Positions 9,742-18,840 of a DNA stretch of 32,000 nucleotides are shown here, in pieces. A model generated the notes under the pieces. It was given only the letters and a program-made list of their open reading frames with translations. It had not been told where the DNA came from and did no database searches. The first letter of the stretch is position 1. The number at the start of each line of letters is the position of its first letter. The translations under genes and the position numbers were made by a program. This stretch comes from Acaryochloris marina MBIC11017 (GTDB taxonomy: Bacteria; Cyanobacteriota; Cyanobacteriia; Thermosynechococcales; Thermosynechococcaceae). Location of the stretch: assembly GCF_000018105.1 (NCBI RefSeq), contig NC_009925.1, positions 210,001-242,000 on the forward strand, in the 5' to 3' direction.

Positions 9742-11047
9742 AGAGAAAATCAGGATGCTTGAGCAATTTCCTCACCAGTGGACAGCAAAATGCCTCCATC
9801 TTTGATGTGAGTTGCTCAAACCCCTTTTTCAAAGCACGGCTGGGAAAGACTTCTAACCAGCGCTTTAGAAGATTCCAACTGATTAACGGTTGAATGATCA
9901 AGCGCACATTATTGAGCAGATTCTTCCACCCGTTTTGGTTATCCCACCAAGGATGCTGCGCAAAGTGTTGATGTGCCACTGGACAAGAGTCATTGAAGAC
10001 ATCAGCGAACAAACTCACCATCAAGAAAGCGCTCATCACTATCTCCCACCACTTTTCAATTTGTTCGTAGTGCGTCATGCGAAAATCAGCCCAACCCAAG
10101 GTATCTTTAGACTGTTTGAGACCATACTCAATCCAAGTTCTGAAGCCATAGCAATCCCCAATTTCATCCAGCTTGATCTCGGGTGCCGCTGCCATGACAT
10201 AAGAGGTTGAGTTCTCTGGTAGCGTTTGGGGGTCCGTGGTTAATAGCCAATAGCGCTTCTGGTGGTGTCGCTGGCCATAAATGATCTCTTGCCTGTAACG
10301 AGTTTCAGTGGTGCCATTGCTGAAGGTTCGTTCAAATGACTGCCACGGTTCGGCAAAGACTGCTTGTTCTGCGGGTAACCACACCGCATGATTGCTACGA
10401 ATCGCTAGGATATAGGGCAGCTTTAACTCCTCTAAGACATTCACAAAGTTTGTTTGAGCTTCCCCATACAAGCTGTCAGCCAGGACGAGCTCAAAGCAAA
10501 AGCCCATCCCTTGCAACTGTCGGATCATTCCAGCAGCAATTTGGGGTTTGCTGAGATACTCATCCTCCTCTTTAAGACGTTCTCGGGGTTTGTACACTTC
10601 AAAGGACAAAGGCAAAATCATCCCTTGAAACAGCCCGTAGGCAGTGACTGCGACGATGCCATTCTCTTTCTTGCCCACATTGCCGATATACTGCCGTTTC
10701 ACATAGTCGGTACTCTTGCCTTTTTTGCAATCGCCCGTCTCATCGATCAATAGAATTAACCTGCGCCCATCCAGTATTTTCAAGATGATGTCCAATCTCT
10801 TGTCAGACAAATGTGACGCTACCCAAGGTGATTCACTCAGAAAATGATGCAGGCTTTGATGGTTCTCCAAGCCCACTGCTCTTGCAATGGCGGGCAATGA
10901 TTTACGTTTGATATCACTAATCATCCCCAGATGGAGATGCTTGAAGGCTTCATAACTGCGGACTTGGGGAAATAACTCTGCAAATAGTTGGCAGTACTCA
11001 TCAACAAAGCCAATGGTTGGTTCTGGACTTCTTGAAGCTGACATCAC
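9734..11047 (-). CDS. IS701-family (SRSO17-like) DDE transposase
   Basis: 437-aa ORF with the family-typical block LLIDETGDCKKGKSTDYVKRQYIGNVGKKENGIVAVTAYG and downstream acidic catalytic regions (LADSLYGE). Confidence 0.85.
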   Translation of the reverse strand: MMSASRSPEPTIGFVDEYCQLFAELFPQVRSYEAFKHLHLGMISDIKRKSLPAIARAVGLENHQSLHHFLSESPWVASHLSDKRLDIILKILDGRRLILLIDETGDCKKGKSTDYVKRQYIGNVGKKENGIVAVTAYGLFQGMILPLSFEVYKPRERLKEEDEYLSKPQIAAGMIRQLQGMGFCFELVLADSLYGEAQTNFVNVLEELKLPYILAIRSNHAVWLPAEQAVFAEPWQSFERTFSNGTTETRYRQEIIYGQRHHQKRYWLLTTDPQTLPENSTSYVMAAAPEIKLDEIGDCYGFRTWIEYGLKQSKDTLGWADFRMTHYEQIEKWWEIVMSAFLMVSLFADVFNDSCPVAHQHFAQHPWWDNQNGWKNLLNNVRLIIQPLISWNLLKRWLEVFPSRALKKGFEQLTSKMEAFCCPLVRKLLKHPDFLSV

Positions 11048-11087
11048 TCATTAGAAAAATAGAAACTGAGAATAGTCTATTTTTTAT

Positions 11088-11110
11088 CTGTCTAAAGTGA
11101 TAAAAGAGGG
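11088..11110. repeat. Right terminal inverted repeat of the IS (CTGTCTAAAGTGATAAAAGAGGG)
   Basis: Exact reverse complement of 9719-9741. Confidence 0.9.
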
Positions 11111-11174
11111 TTATAGCCGCCAGCTGTATATTCATTTCAGCAATCTAAGGTGATCGAGTGGATGTACACCTAGC

Positions 11175-13541
11175 TTATTTATAGATGGGGAGTCGCACCG
11201 TAAAGATTGTCCCTACCGTTTCTTGGCTGGTGAGTGTTATTTCACCCCCATGCAAGTCAACGGAGCGTTTGACAATAGCCAAGCCTAATCCTGTCCCCGA
11301 AATATTACCCACATTCGTGGCTCGATTAAAAGAATTGAATACATGACTACATTCCGATGGCGGAATTCCTAAACCATGATCTTGAACCTTGAGAATGGCT
11401 TCATCGCTTTCAAACACTAAATCAAAATTGATTATTCCCCCCTGGGGGGAGTATTTGATGGCATTCGATAGTAGATTCGTAAAAATATGACGAAGTAATT
11501 TTTCGTCCATTTGCACTTCAGTCAATTGCTCTTGCAAACGACAAACAATCTCATGGGTTTGGGTCGTGATCTGCAACTCTTCAGCCAAACCTGTGCAGAA
11601 CTCGGTGAGTTGCATCGGGACGGGATTAAAAGCAAGGTTACCGGATTCTGCCTTACCCAGTAACAGTACATCATTGAGCAAACCCGTCATATGATCAACG
11701 GATTGCTGAATTTGACTTAAATGCTTGAGCTTGCGAGTCTCATCCCACTTATGACCATAGTGCTCTAACAACTCCGCAGAAGACAGGATCGTTGCCAAGG
11801 GTGTCCTAAATTCATGGGATGTCATCGCCACAAACCGTGACTTGAGTTCATTGAGTTCCCTTTCCTTGTTGAGCGCGTTGCGAATATCGTCTTCAGCTCG
11901 TTTGCGTTCAGTGATATCGCGAATCACAGCCATCACTTCATTCTCAGCACTGACTGCAAACCGAGCCTCAAACACGAACGAGTTTCCTTCAGCGTCAAAC
12001 TGATATTCAAACAGCTGCATCTCATGCCTATCGAGTGTTTTTTCAATGCACTCCATAAATGGTTGGGCCGTAGCTTTGGGGAAAACATCATAAAGAGATT
12101 TTCCTAAGAATGCTTCACTAGGCAGGGGCAGTTTCGTATTGGGTGCATCTTTATAATTGACAAAAATGCCATCCGCACTGAATCGAAACATCCAGTCGGG
12201 CATGGCATTAATTAAGGCTCGGTTAGTGGCAACACTGGATTGCAAAGCAGCTTCAGCGCGCTGTCGCTCAACAATCTCGCTTCTCAAGTGTTCATTACTC
12301 TGCTTGAGTTCAACCGTTCGTTGTTGGACTCTTTGCTCTAGCTCGCTATGTGCTCGCTGTAAGTCTGATTCAACTTGCTTGTGATCGCTGATATCACGAC
12401 CTTCGAAAATCAGCAAAACAACATTATCCACCTCATCATGGACGGGCTTTAAGGAAAAATCGATAGTGGCAACCTTGTCCTCGGCTCCAAGTATATCCAC
12501 TTCATACCGAACGAACTTTCCCCAAGCTGCCTCAATAACAGCATTTTTAAGTCGGCTTTGTGTTTCTGCTGATTTAGACCACCATCGAGTTTCCCAGAGT
12601 GGAGTATTAATGACGTCGTCTAAATGGAGACCCCCAAACTCTAAAGCAGTTTGATTCGCCTCCAACAAAATTCCATCGGGGTTCAGAAGACCCGAGAACT
12701 GGAAGGTTTGGTTGAATATAGCCTTAAATCGTCGCTCACTATCCTTAAGGGCAGCTTCCATTCTCTTCCGTTTAGTAATATCAACGATATAAGTTCGAAT
12801 CAAATCACTCTCTGCAATGTAATGAACGGATTGCTCAAAGATTTGAGATCCTATTTCAACTTCTCTAGCGAAGTTTTTTTCGTCCTCTTGGCCAATTAAA
12901 GTCGTTACCCCTGCCATGATTGGGTGATCAGTTTGCATCTCCCGTAATTGTGGGAACTGGGCCACCGCAGCGGGATTCAAGTAAGTAATCTTACCGTTTA
13001 AGTTACTCTCGATAATGGGGTTCGTAAAGAGTTCTGGGAAGGAGGCTAGCCGGACGATTGCAGCCTCATTGGAGTGGGCAAGTACTTCACTGGGTGGTGT
13101 TTGGCTCTGCATCGGATTGTGAAGATTGGACAAAAAGCCCGTCACCTCATCCGATTCACAAGACTCTAAAAAATGGACATCGGCAATATTGTTCGTCATA
13201 TAATACCGAGCCCGGACCTCCTGACCAAACATGACTTCATCGCCATGATTCAAGTCGTGCGTGGTACACTTTTGGCCGTTGACTGTTAAACCATTCATGC
13301 TCCGTTTACCCTGAAGGTTTCCATCAATCAAACGAAAAAGATGGCTATCAATATCAGGTTTAGTCACCCGCATCAGCAAGGCATGTTGACGAGATACTGA
13401 TGGTGATTTAATCACAATCGAGTTACTAGGATCTCGACCAAGAGAGCAAGTCGAATCTATTAGTGGGACAGTTCGTTTCCCTAGCTCGTCTTCAATAACT
13501 AGAAAATGCTGAATTTTTGGAGAAGATGTGGAGAAATCCAT
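11175..13541 (-). CDS. FHA-domain / multi-PAS sensor histidine kinase
   Basis: N-terminal FHA signature (SLGRD...SRQHALL...NG..VNG). Repeated PAS-like blocks are separated by coiled-coil linkers. H-box FVAMTSHEFRTPLATI. N/G boxes LLSNAIKYSP, DHGLGIP, GTGLGLAIV. Confidence 0.9.
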   Translation of the reverse strand: MDFSTSSPKIQHFLVIEDELGKRTVPLIDSTCSLGRDPSNSIVIKSPSVSRQHALLMRVTKPDIDSHLFRLIDGNLQGKRSMNGLTVNGQKCTTHDLNHGDEVMFGQEVRARYYMTNNIADVHFLESCESDEVTGFLSNLHNPMQSQTPPSEVLAHSNEAAIVRLASFPELFTNPIIESNLNGKITYLNPAAVAQFPQLREMQTDHPIMAGVTTLIGQEDEKNFAREVEIGSQIFEQSVHYIAESDLIRTYIVDITKRKRMEAALKDSERRFKAIFNQTFQFSGLLNPDGILLEANQTALEFGGLHLDDVINTPLWETRWWSKSAETQSRLKNAVIEAAWGKFVRYEVDILGAEDKVATIDFSLKPVHDEVDNVVLLIFEGRDISDHKQVESDLQRAHSELEQRVQQRTVELKQSNEHLRSEIVERQRAEAALQSSVATNRALINAMPDWMFRFSADGIFVNYKDAPNTKLPLPSEAFLGKSLYDVFPKATAQPFMECIEKTLDRHEMQLFEYQFDAEGNSFVFEARFAVSAENEVMAVIRDITERKRAEDDIRNALNKERELNELKSRFVAMTSHEFRTPLATILSSAELLEHYGHKWDETRKLKHLSQIQQSVDHMTGLLNDVLLLGKAESGNLAFNPVPMQLTEFCTGLAEELQITTQTHEIVCRLQEQLTEVQMDEKLLRHIFTNLLSNAIKYSPQGGIINFDLVFESDEAILKVQDHGLGIPPSECSHVFNSFNRATNVGNISGTGLGLAIVKRSVDLHGGEITLTSQETVGTIFTVRLPIYK

Positions 13542-13928
13542 CGACTCAAGATGATAATTCCATCTATGCTTTTCCTAATATGCCCTTTAAAAGGTATATC
13601 TAACTATCGGAATTCGATTGAAATAAATTATTCCTTAATATAATTAAGGATATTTTTTCTGTCGGCTAGTTTAGTAGCCTAAAAATAAAAATCTATTGTC
13701 AATAAACTGGATTTGAAACGGGAAACACATACACTTCAGAAAATAGAAATCAGGACAACTTGAATCAATCGTTCTGAATGAAAAGCTAGGCAACCGAATT
13801 GATATAATTGTACTATCGTGCGATAGTCTCGGACTCAGGATAACTGGTCAATCCTTCTTATATTCTCATTACGAATAATCCCACGTCCATCTACGAAGAG
13901 TATGGATAGCTCGGATGTACAACTCAAA

Positions 13929-14312
13929 TCATTCATCGGAAGTTAAACTATCAGGACGCAGAGCATTCAGCTTTGATAAAAGCCTCTGAATCGCTGCTAG
14001 GGACTCAATCAGATCTGATAGCTCTGTTTCTAATGTTGATGCTAGTAATTCCGTCAGATCTGATAGCTCTATTTCTAATGCTAATGAGAGGTCAAACATT
14101 TCTTGAGCATTCGTTGTCACTCCTTTATCAACGACATCAGTTGCCAGTTGATATAGCTGTATTAAGTTCCTTCTTAAATCAAGTAGTCTACCAGCTAAAT
14201 GTTCACCTGGAGGGTTAATCAACCTATAAAGAAGATTCACTGCAGCTAACAAATCAACCGTCTCAAAGTGTTGATTTAAATACTTCCATTCTTCATAAGA
14301 CATCGAGGACAT
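13929..14312 (-). CDS. Hypothetical helical/coiled-coil protein with an internal 15-residue duplication
   Basis: 127-aa ORF with Leu/Glu-rich heptad-like sequence. It contains the in-frame 45-bp tandem repeat at 14009-14098. Confidence 0.5.
   Translation of the reverse strand: MSSMSYEEWKYLNQHFETVDLLAAVNLLYRLINPPGEHLAGRLLDLRRNLIQLYQLATDVVDKGVTTNAQEMFDLSLALEIELSDLTELLASTLETELSDLIESLAAIQRLLSKLNALRPDSLTSDE
14009..14098. repeat. Two tandem 45-bp units inside the CDS 13929-14312
   Basis: TCAGATCTGATAGCTCTgTTTCTAATGtTgATG (from 14009) and TCAGATCTGATAGCTCTaTTTCTAATGcTaATG (from 14054). The period is 45 nt, i.e. 15 codons. Confidence 0.8.
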
Positions 14313-14676
14313 AGGCTGCCAAAATTATTCACTAAAGCAACTTTTACAAGCTCAAACAAATGCATCTCCTCAAGCAGCTTGAGGTTGCATGTCATCACTA
14401 AGATAAAACAATTCATGAAAGGGACTAAGGCTTTTATAAGTATATAAACCAATAAAAGAATTAAAATCAATTAACCCTCATACTCCGTTAGATTGGCTTG
14501 AATACGGAACACTCTGCAATTATTCCAAGCCTTCTCTTCACTGGATCAGCCCGTTGGCCCCGAACAGTAACACCCTCTCGCATCTAGGTCGGAATGGTGT
14601 CCATTCTGTTCAACCCAATGAAGGGATTCTACATCGAATCAAGCTTGAACGATTTCTTATGAAGCAAGAGACGTAA

Positions 14677-15048
14677 TTATCTCATAGTTTTTTTCAAACC
14701 CAGAATCCAAAATATTCGTCGCTCTACTTTAGCTAATTGACCCAGAGGTTGACTGCTAGTACTGGTTGATCTGCTCAAAATTGTTTGGAGTTGAACGATT
14801 ACTTCAAGATCCCGAGCCATCAGACTAATATCCAGTTCTTCTAGGTACAAACTTTCTAAAACATGGTTGATATCAGATTTCTCATCGGCTACTATTCCCG
14901 CACCTTCTACAATAAAGGACTGAAGTTGATTGGCAGATTGTGCAAGGAGTTTACGCAAGTAATAGCAGGTGGTCACTGTTACTTGATCACTAATAGGTTT
15001 CGCTGAGAGGGGTGATGAGTGGGTGGTCAAAATAGGTGCAGTTTTCAT
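14677..15048 (-). CDS. Hypothetical protein, 123 aa
   Basis: ATG-initiated ORF on the same strand as the neighbouring ORFan. No motif recognised. Confidence 0.45.
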   Translation of the reverse strand: MKTAPILTTHSSPLSAKPISDQVTVTTCYYLRKLLAQSANQLQSFIVEGAGIVADEKSDINHVLESLYLEELDISLMARDLEVIVQLQTILSRSTSTSSQPLGQLAKVERRIFWILGLKKTMR

Positions 15049-15835
15049 GGTCTTGGGGAATAGATATAAAGGTTGTCAGAGATAGGGTTTTAAGCTTCAT
15101 ACATGCCCATAAGGTCTTAATCCCACTAAAATCATGAATCCGTTAATGGACTACCTCTGATGTGCAGTTGTGTGATTTTCACCGATCACTCTATTGAGCA
15201 AGTAGTATTTCCTAACCAAAAATAGAGAAGATGATTTGATAGCTCATGATATAAGAACTATCATTTTTTAAGAAAAAATTTATTCTCAGATTCAGCATTT
15301 AACACTAATCATTATCTCAATCACAGATTTATCTTTATGATTGAAGTGATGCTTACGATATTTAATTTAGTGTATTTCTTTGAGTATTTTCCCTGCGATT
15401 CTAATTTAATGCATGATTTATCAAATTTCTATTCTGTTTTAATCTAAAAAACAGAATTATAGCGTTAGTTTTGGATTCACACATTATTGGATATACTTAA
15501 AAAGTTTAATTATGAGTAATATTTACTCAATCATGCGCATGATCTTTGTTAGTTTAAGCGGACGTAAAGCATTTCAAACAGGTGTTCTAAGCGTTTTGTG
15601 ACTCAGATCACAGTAGCTTGAAATAATTGTCATTGTAATGAACTAAATGGATATTATGCTTTGCCCTTTCATGATTATTCAATAAATTATTCAACTCTTC
15701 CGATGCTTCTGTGCAAGAACACTTTTGGATGAGTATTATTAGAGATATAACTTATATTGGGATTTAAGTTTTGATACTTGTCATTCCCTTAATAAAGTCT
15801 AGTTATTTTAATAGTTAAAGTTTTCTTCCACTGCT

Positions 15836-16582
15836 ATGAAAAAAATCAAATCAGAGGCTTGTGAACATCATCTACTAGTGATTGATGATGGAAAGGAACG
15901 GCGCATTGTCAAGTTAACCGAAGTTGCTTATTCAATCGGTCGAGACGCAACCAATGCCATTGTCTTGAATAATCCGTCTATTTCCAGACAACATGCCATG
16001 CTAGTGAGAGTCCCTCTCCCACATCAAGCTCATCGGTATCGCATCATTGATGGCAATTCTCAGGGTAAACCCAGTGCTAATGGGATTTACATCAATGGTC
16101 GGCCATCTTCAACCCGTGAACTTGAGACAAAAGATCTCATTAACTTTGGCAAGGATATTAAAGCGACTTATCTCACGCTTGAGATGGGCCAAGTGGAATT
16201 GCTGAATTATATTGAATCGCTCTCTTACAAGAGCCTTAAATCTGACACCCTAGACCATAAGGCAACGGTGTTTAATTCAGCCAATGTACCAGTGGCTGAA
16301 TTAAACACCGTTCTAGCATGTCATCATTCACCCACCCCAGAACAGGACCATGACTCGCTTCAGCAGGCTCCTCTTCAGGCAAAAGAGACGGTTCGGTTAT
16401 CCAGAGAGGAGATCCTCAAAGAGCTAAATAAACCTGTCAGCCGTCAAATGTGGATGGTTATAGCTGGAGCGATCCTATCCTTCTGTACACTAATCGGTTG
16501 GTTGATGCTCGATGCTAGAAAGAGCAGTCCAGCATTGGAATTTACCCAAGCACCCAGCAGTTTGGGGGACGCTAGACTTTAA
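15836..16582 (+). CDS. FHA-domain protein with a C-terminal transmembrane anchor
   Basis: The N-terminal FHA domain (SIGRD...SRQHAML...IDGNSQGKPSANGIYINGR) is clearly paralogous to the FHA of 11175-13541. A hydrophobic helix (MWMVIAGAILSFCTLIGWLML) lies near the C-terminus. Confidence 0.85.
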   Translation: MKKIKSEACEHHLLVIDDGKERRIVKLTEVAYSIGRDATNAIVLNNPSISRQHAMLVRVPLPHQAHRYRIIDGNSQGKPSANGIYINGRPSSTRELETKDLINFGKDIKATYLTLEMGQVELLNYIESLSYKSLKSDTLDHKATVFNSANVPVAELNTVLACHHSPTPEQDHDSLQQAPLQAKETVRLSREEILKELNKPVSRQMWMVIAGAILSFCTLIGWLMLDARKSSPALEFTQAPSSLGDARL

Positions 16583-16636
16583 AGTTCAATTTAACGATTC
16601 GGTCTGCCCTTTGTTGAACTAGTAGTTAATCAACAA

Positions 16637-16766
16637 TAGACCTCTTGCAATATTCGTTTCATGATGTGCTACTGACGAAAGAAATTCAGCGATCTGACTC
16701 GGATTTTAGTCCTCTAGCATATCGTTAGTTGAATTATGCAAGAGGTCTAATAACAGTCGCTGAATT
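16637..16766. repeat. Two interleaved perfect inverted-repeat pairs in the leader of ORF 16802
   Basis: Pair A: TAGACCTCTTGCA (16637-16649) with TGCAAGAGGTCTA (16737-16749). Pair B: AATTCAGCGA (16683-16692) with TCGCTGAATT (16757-16766). The order along the sequence is A1-B1-A2-B2. Confidence 0.75.
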
Positions 16767-16801
16767 AAGACAAATAACAGTGAGAAGTATTAGGATTAAC
16801 G

Positions 16802-17083
16802 ATGATAGCTGAGGATCTGATTGACTATTATTTAAACAATTTCAATTCATCCCTTGATGCGACTGGAAACGCTGCTGTGGATATACCTATTCTTCAATCA
16901 TGGGATTGTGTTGATATTAATAATCAGACAAAAGTTCATGGGCATTTATTTCAGCATCACACACTTCCACCTGGTAAGTATTTAGAATCTTCTGCTGTTC
17001 AGCGATATTTTGTGTATCAAGGTCATGTTTGTGTGGCCACTAAAAACTCAACCTATAGGTTAGGCATTCCTCTCCTCTTCTAA
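16802..17083 (+). CDS. Small hypothetical protein (93 aa), paralog of 17133-17450
   Basis: Shares the pattern SW...G.L..H...P.G.....S.V.RY....GHV.h.T.NS.Y.LG.PL with the convergent neighbour. Confidence 0.5.
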   Translation: MIAEDLIDYYLNNFNSSLDATGNAAVDIPILQSWDCVDINNQTKVHGHLFQHHTLPPGKYLESSAVQRYFVYQGHVCVATKNSTYRLGIPLLF

Positions 17084-17132
17084 GGATGATGTCCAAATCA
17101 TTTGTAGTCTGCATTATGATGAATGGAATTTC

Positions 17133-17450
17133 TTACTGGGTCATTCGTTCTAATTTTTGGAAATCAGTTGTTTTCAGAGGTTGACCCAACTCATATAGGG
17201 AATTTTGAGTTTTGATGTATACGTGACCATCACCCGCTAAGTAACGATGGACTGTTGAGGTCATCATCTTAACCCCGTCGGGATAATCAGGATGGCCCAG
17301 GAGTCTTCCTTTGATAACAGCACTCTTTCCCTTTCGTATAGCAGTCCAGGACTCAATAACGGTTATTTTTTTTGGTGTTTCAAAATGATCGTCTGGAATA
17401 TTAGAAGTATTCTTTTGGAAAAAAACGGATATATCAGTAACTTGCAACAT
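17133..17450 (-). CDS. Small hypothetical protein (105 aa), paralog of 16802-17083
   Basis: Same conserved C-terminal block (VHRYLAGDGHVYIKTQNSLYELGQPL), in convergent orientation. Confidence 0.55.
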   Translation of the reverse strand: MLQVTDISVFFQKNTSNIPDDHFETPKKITVIESWTAIRKGKSAVIKGRLLGHPDYPDGVKMMTSTVHRYLAGDGHVYIKTQNSLYELGQPLKTTDFQKLERMTQ

Positions 17451-17642
17451 TAGAGCTCAGATTAATCAGGGGAACTTGCATCAGTAATATGAGGAGAGTT
17501 TTGTAGGTATTCCTCACTATTAATTTTAATTTGTGCTCAGATTTAATTAAACCGTATTATCCCTGACCTTTTTTTGACGAGTGATTTGGCTTCATCTTAT
17601 GAATAGCCCTTCCGCTGCGCCCTCATTGTCTTTTTCGGCATC

Positions 17643-17963
17643 TTGCCAATCTTGGCCATTGGCATTGGTTTTCGGGCCTATCCGCCCTTAAAGCGGACTT
17701 ACGTCATTTGGCAAGATATTCGCAATGGCCAGGTACAGTTTGATATCGGCACTGTTAATCCACAGATGTTTGCTGCTGGACGTAACGTCCAAATGGTGCT
17801 CGTGGTCGATGGTAACCGCACATACTCCGCTCTTGACTCAGTCCTACGCAGTATCCGCAATCCTGACACCCATGGGAGCCAAACAGACGAACGCTATTGC
17901 CTACGTATTGCGCCACGTTCACGCATTGTTGTGAATATTGTGCTAGTTTCCGAATCTGTATGA
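17643..17963 (+). CDS. Doubtful ORF (106 aa, TTG start)
   Basis: It is the only open frame in this interval. It has a non-ATG start, no motif and no ribosome-binding site. Confidence 0.2.
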   Translation: MPILAIGIGFRAYPPLKRTYVIWQDIRNGQVQFDIGTVNPQMFAAGRNVQMVLVVDGNRTYSALDSVLRSIRNPDTHGSQTDERYCLRIAPRSRIVVNIVLVSESV

Positions 17964-18004
17964 GCGTATCAATTGCAGATGCGGGTTGTAGGCTGGAGCA
18001 GCAA

Positions 18005-18757
18005 TTACGGAGAATCCGGTTGGACGCGCATATTCCGAATGTCGAGTACAGCTTGACCAGATATCAAGTGTCCGTCTCCCTTAAGGCCCAGTTCTAGCGT
18101 CACTAAAGCCAAGATATCTGCGTCTAAAGTTTGGTTGCCTAGATCAACATTGCCACTGTGAGGGAAATGGAACCAACCTGGATGTTGGGCACTCAGAGGT
18201 GCTTTAAAAGTGGTCCATTCCTGATTAGAAGAAACACAAAGCGGTTGATATTCGAGTCCGGGGTTACCATATCCCCAAACCTCACCATCGCGTTCCATCA
18301 GGCGAAGGCCAATACAGACTGGATCTGAGGAGCGGGCTTCAAAGGTGAGAAGACTCTGCTTGGGAAGCCGCTCTGGAATGAGTCTTTTAGGCGCAATACT
18401 GATATTGGCTCCATACCCTTCTCGGGAGAACTGAATGCTGAGATGGGGCAAAGTCCCTTGACGATCAATGAAGCTCTTAACCCAGCTATTGTCTAAGCCT
18501 TCATGTTGTTCAGCGTCTGGATCAGCCCAAATTTTGGCTAGGTTGTCTGATTGCAACTTGAAGTCTTGAAAGATGCCATCTTTAGACGCTTGACCAATTG
18601 CGGGCTTAAGCCCATGGTAGCGGTAAATATCTAGAGTCTTCTGAGTTGATAATTGGGCAAAGCTACTGCTTGGTAACCCGCTCATAATCAAGAGACTGAA
18701 TAGGATAAAGCGTAAAGCCATGAGTCTAGAGAGAATGACACTGGCTATAGCGTGCAC
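18005..18757 (-). CDS. Secreted hypothetical protein. The likely true start is the ATG at 18721.
   Basis: From the ATG at 18721 the protein begins with a typical Sec signal peptide, MALRFILFSLLIMSGLPSSSFA followed by QLS. The longer form in the track begins with a GTG. Confidence 0.7.
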   Translation of the reverse strand: MHAIASVILSRLMALRFILFSLLIMSGLPSSSFAQLSTQKTLDIYRYHGLKPAIGQASKDGIFQDFKLQSDNLAKIWADPDAEQHEGLDNSWVKSFIDRQGTLPHLSIQFSREGYGANISIAPKRLIPERLPKQSLLTFEARSSDPVCIGLRLMERDGEVWGYGNPGLEYQPLCVSSNQEWTTFKAPLSAQHPGWFHFPHSGNVDLGNQTLDADILALVTLELGLKGDGHLISGQAVLDIRNMRVQPDSP

Positions 18758-18809
18758 AAGTGAACTGGTGAATTAACGCATCCATGAAAACCGATAATAT
18801 GTTCGACTC

Positions 18810-18840
18810 TCCCCGCTCTAAAGAGACGGGGATTCTTTTG
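18810..18840 (+). terminator. Terminator-like GC-rich hairpin followed by a T-rich tract (plus strand)
   Basis: TCCCCG(c)TCT-aaag-AGACGGGGA followed by TTCTTTTG. No plus-strand gene was identified upstream. Confidence 0.3.

Larger units (their letters stand above)
9719..11110 (-). mobile_element. Intact IS701-family insertion sequence (1,392 bp)
   Basis: A single DDE transposase ORF is bounded by perfect 23-bp terminal inverted repeats and flanked by a 4-bp direct repeat TTAT (9715-9718 and 11111-11114). Confidence 0.85.

Noticed and set aside
9890-10753. Plus-strand ORFs inside the IS (9890-10210, 10336-10554, 10454-10753)
   Set aside because: They are antisense to the transposase gene. 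IS701-type elements encode a single transposase.
12157-12899. Plus-strand ORFs antisense to the FHA-PAS kinase
   Set aside because: These are shadow ORFs with Cys/Ser/Leu-rich low-complexity translations.
14276-14470. 64-aa minus-strand ORF overlapping the start of 13929-14312
   Set aside because: It is AT-rich, with an Ile/Leu/Lys-dominated translation, and overlaps a better ORF. It is probably non-coding.
18801-18821. GTTCGACTCTCCCCGCTCTA resembles a tRNA T-loop, T-stem and acceptor 3' half, and so a possible att remnant
   Set aside because: There is no complementary 5' T-stem or cloverleaf upstream. The same bases form the terminator-like hairpin at 18810-18832. The implied acceptor stem would start with U. 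It could only be confirmed by comparison with the tRNA at the other element junction, which is outside the window.
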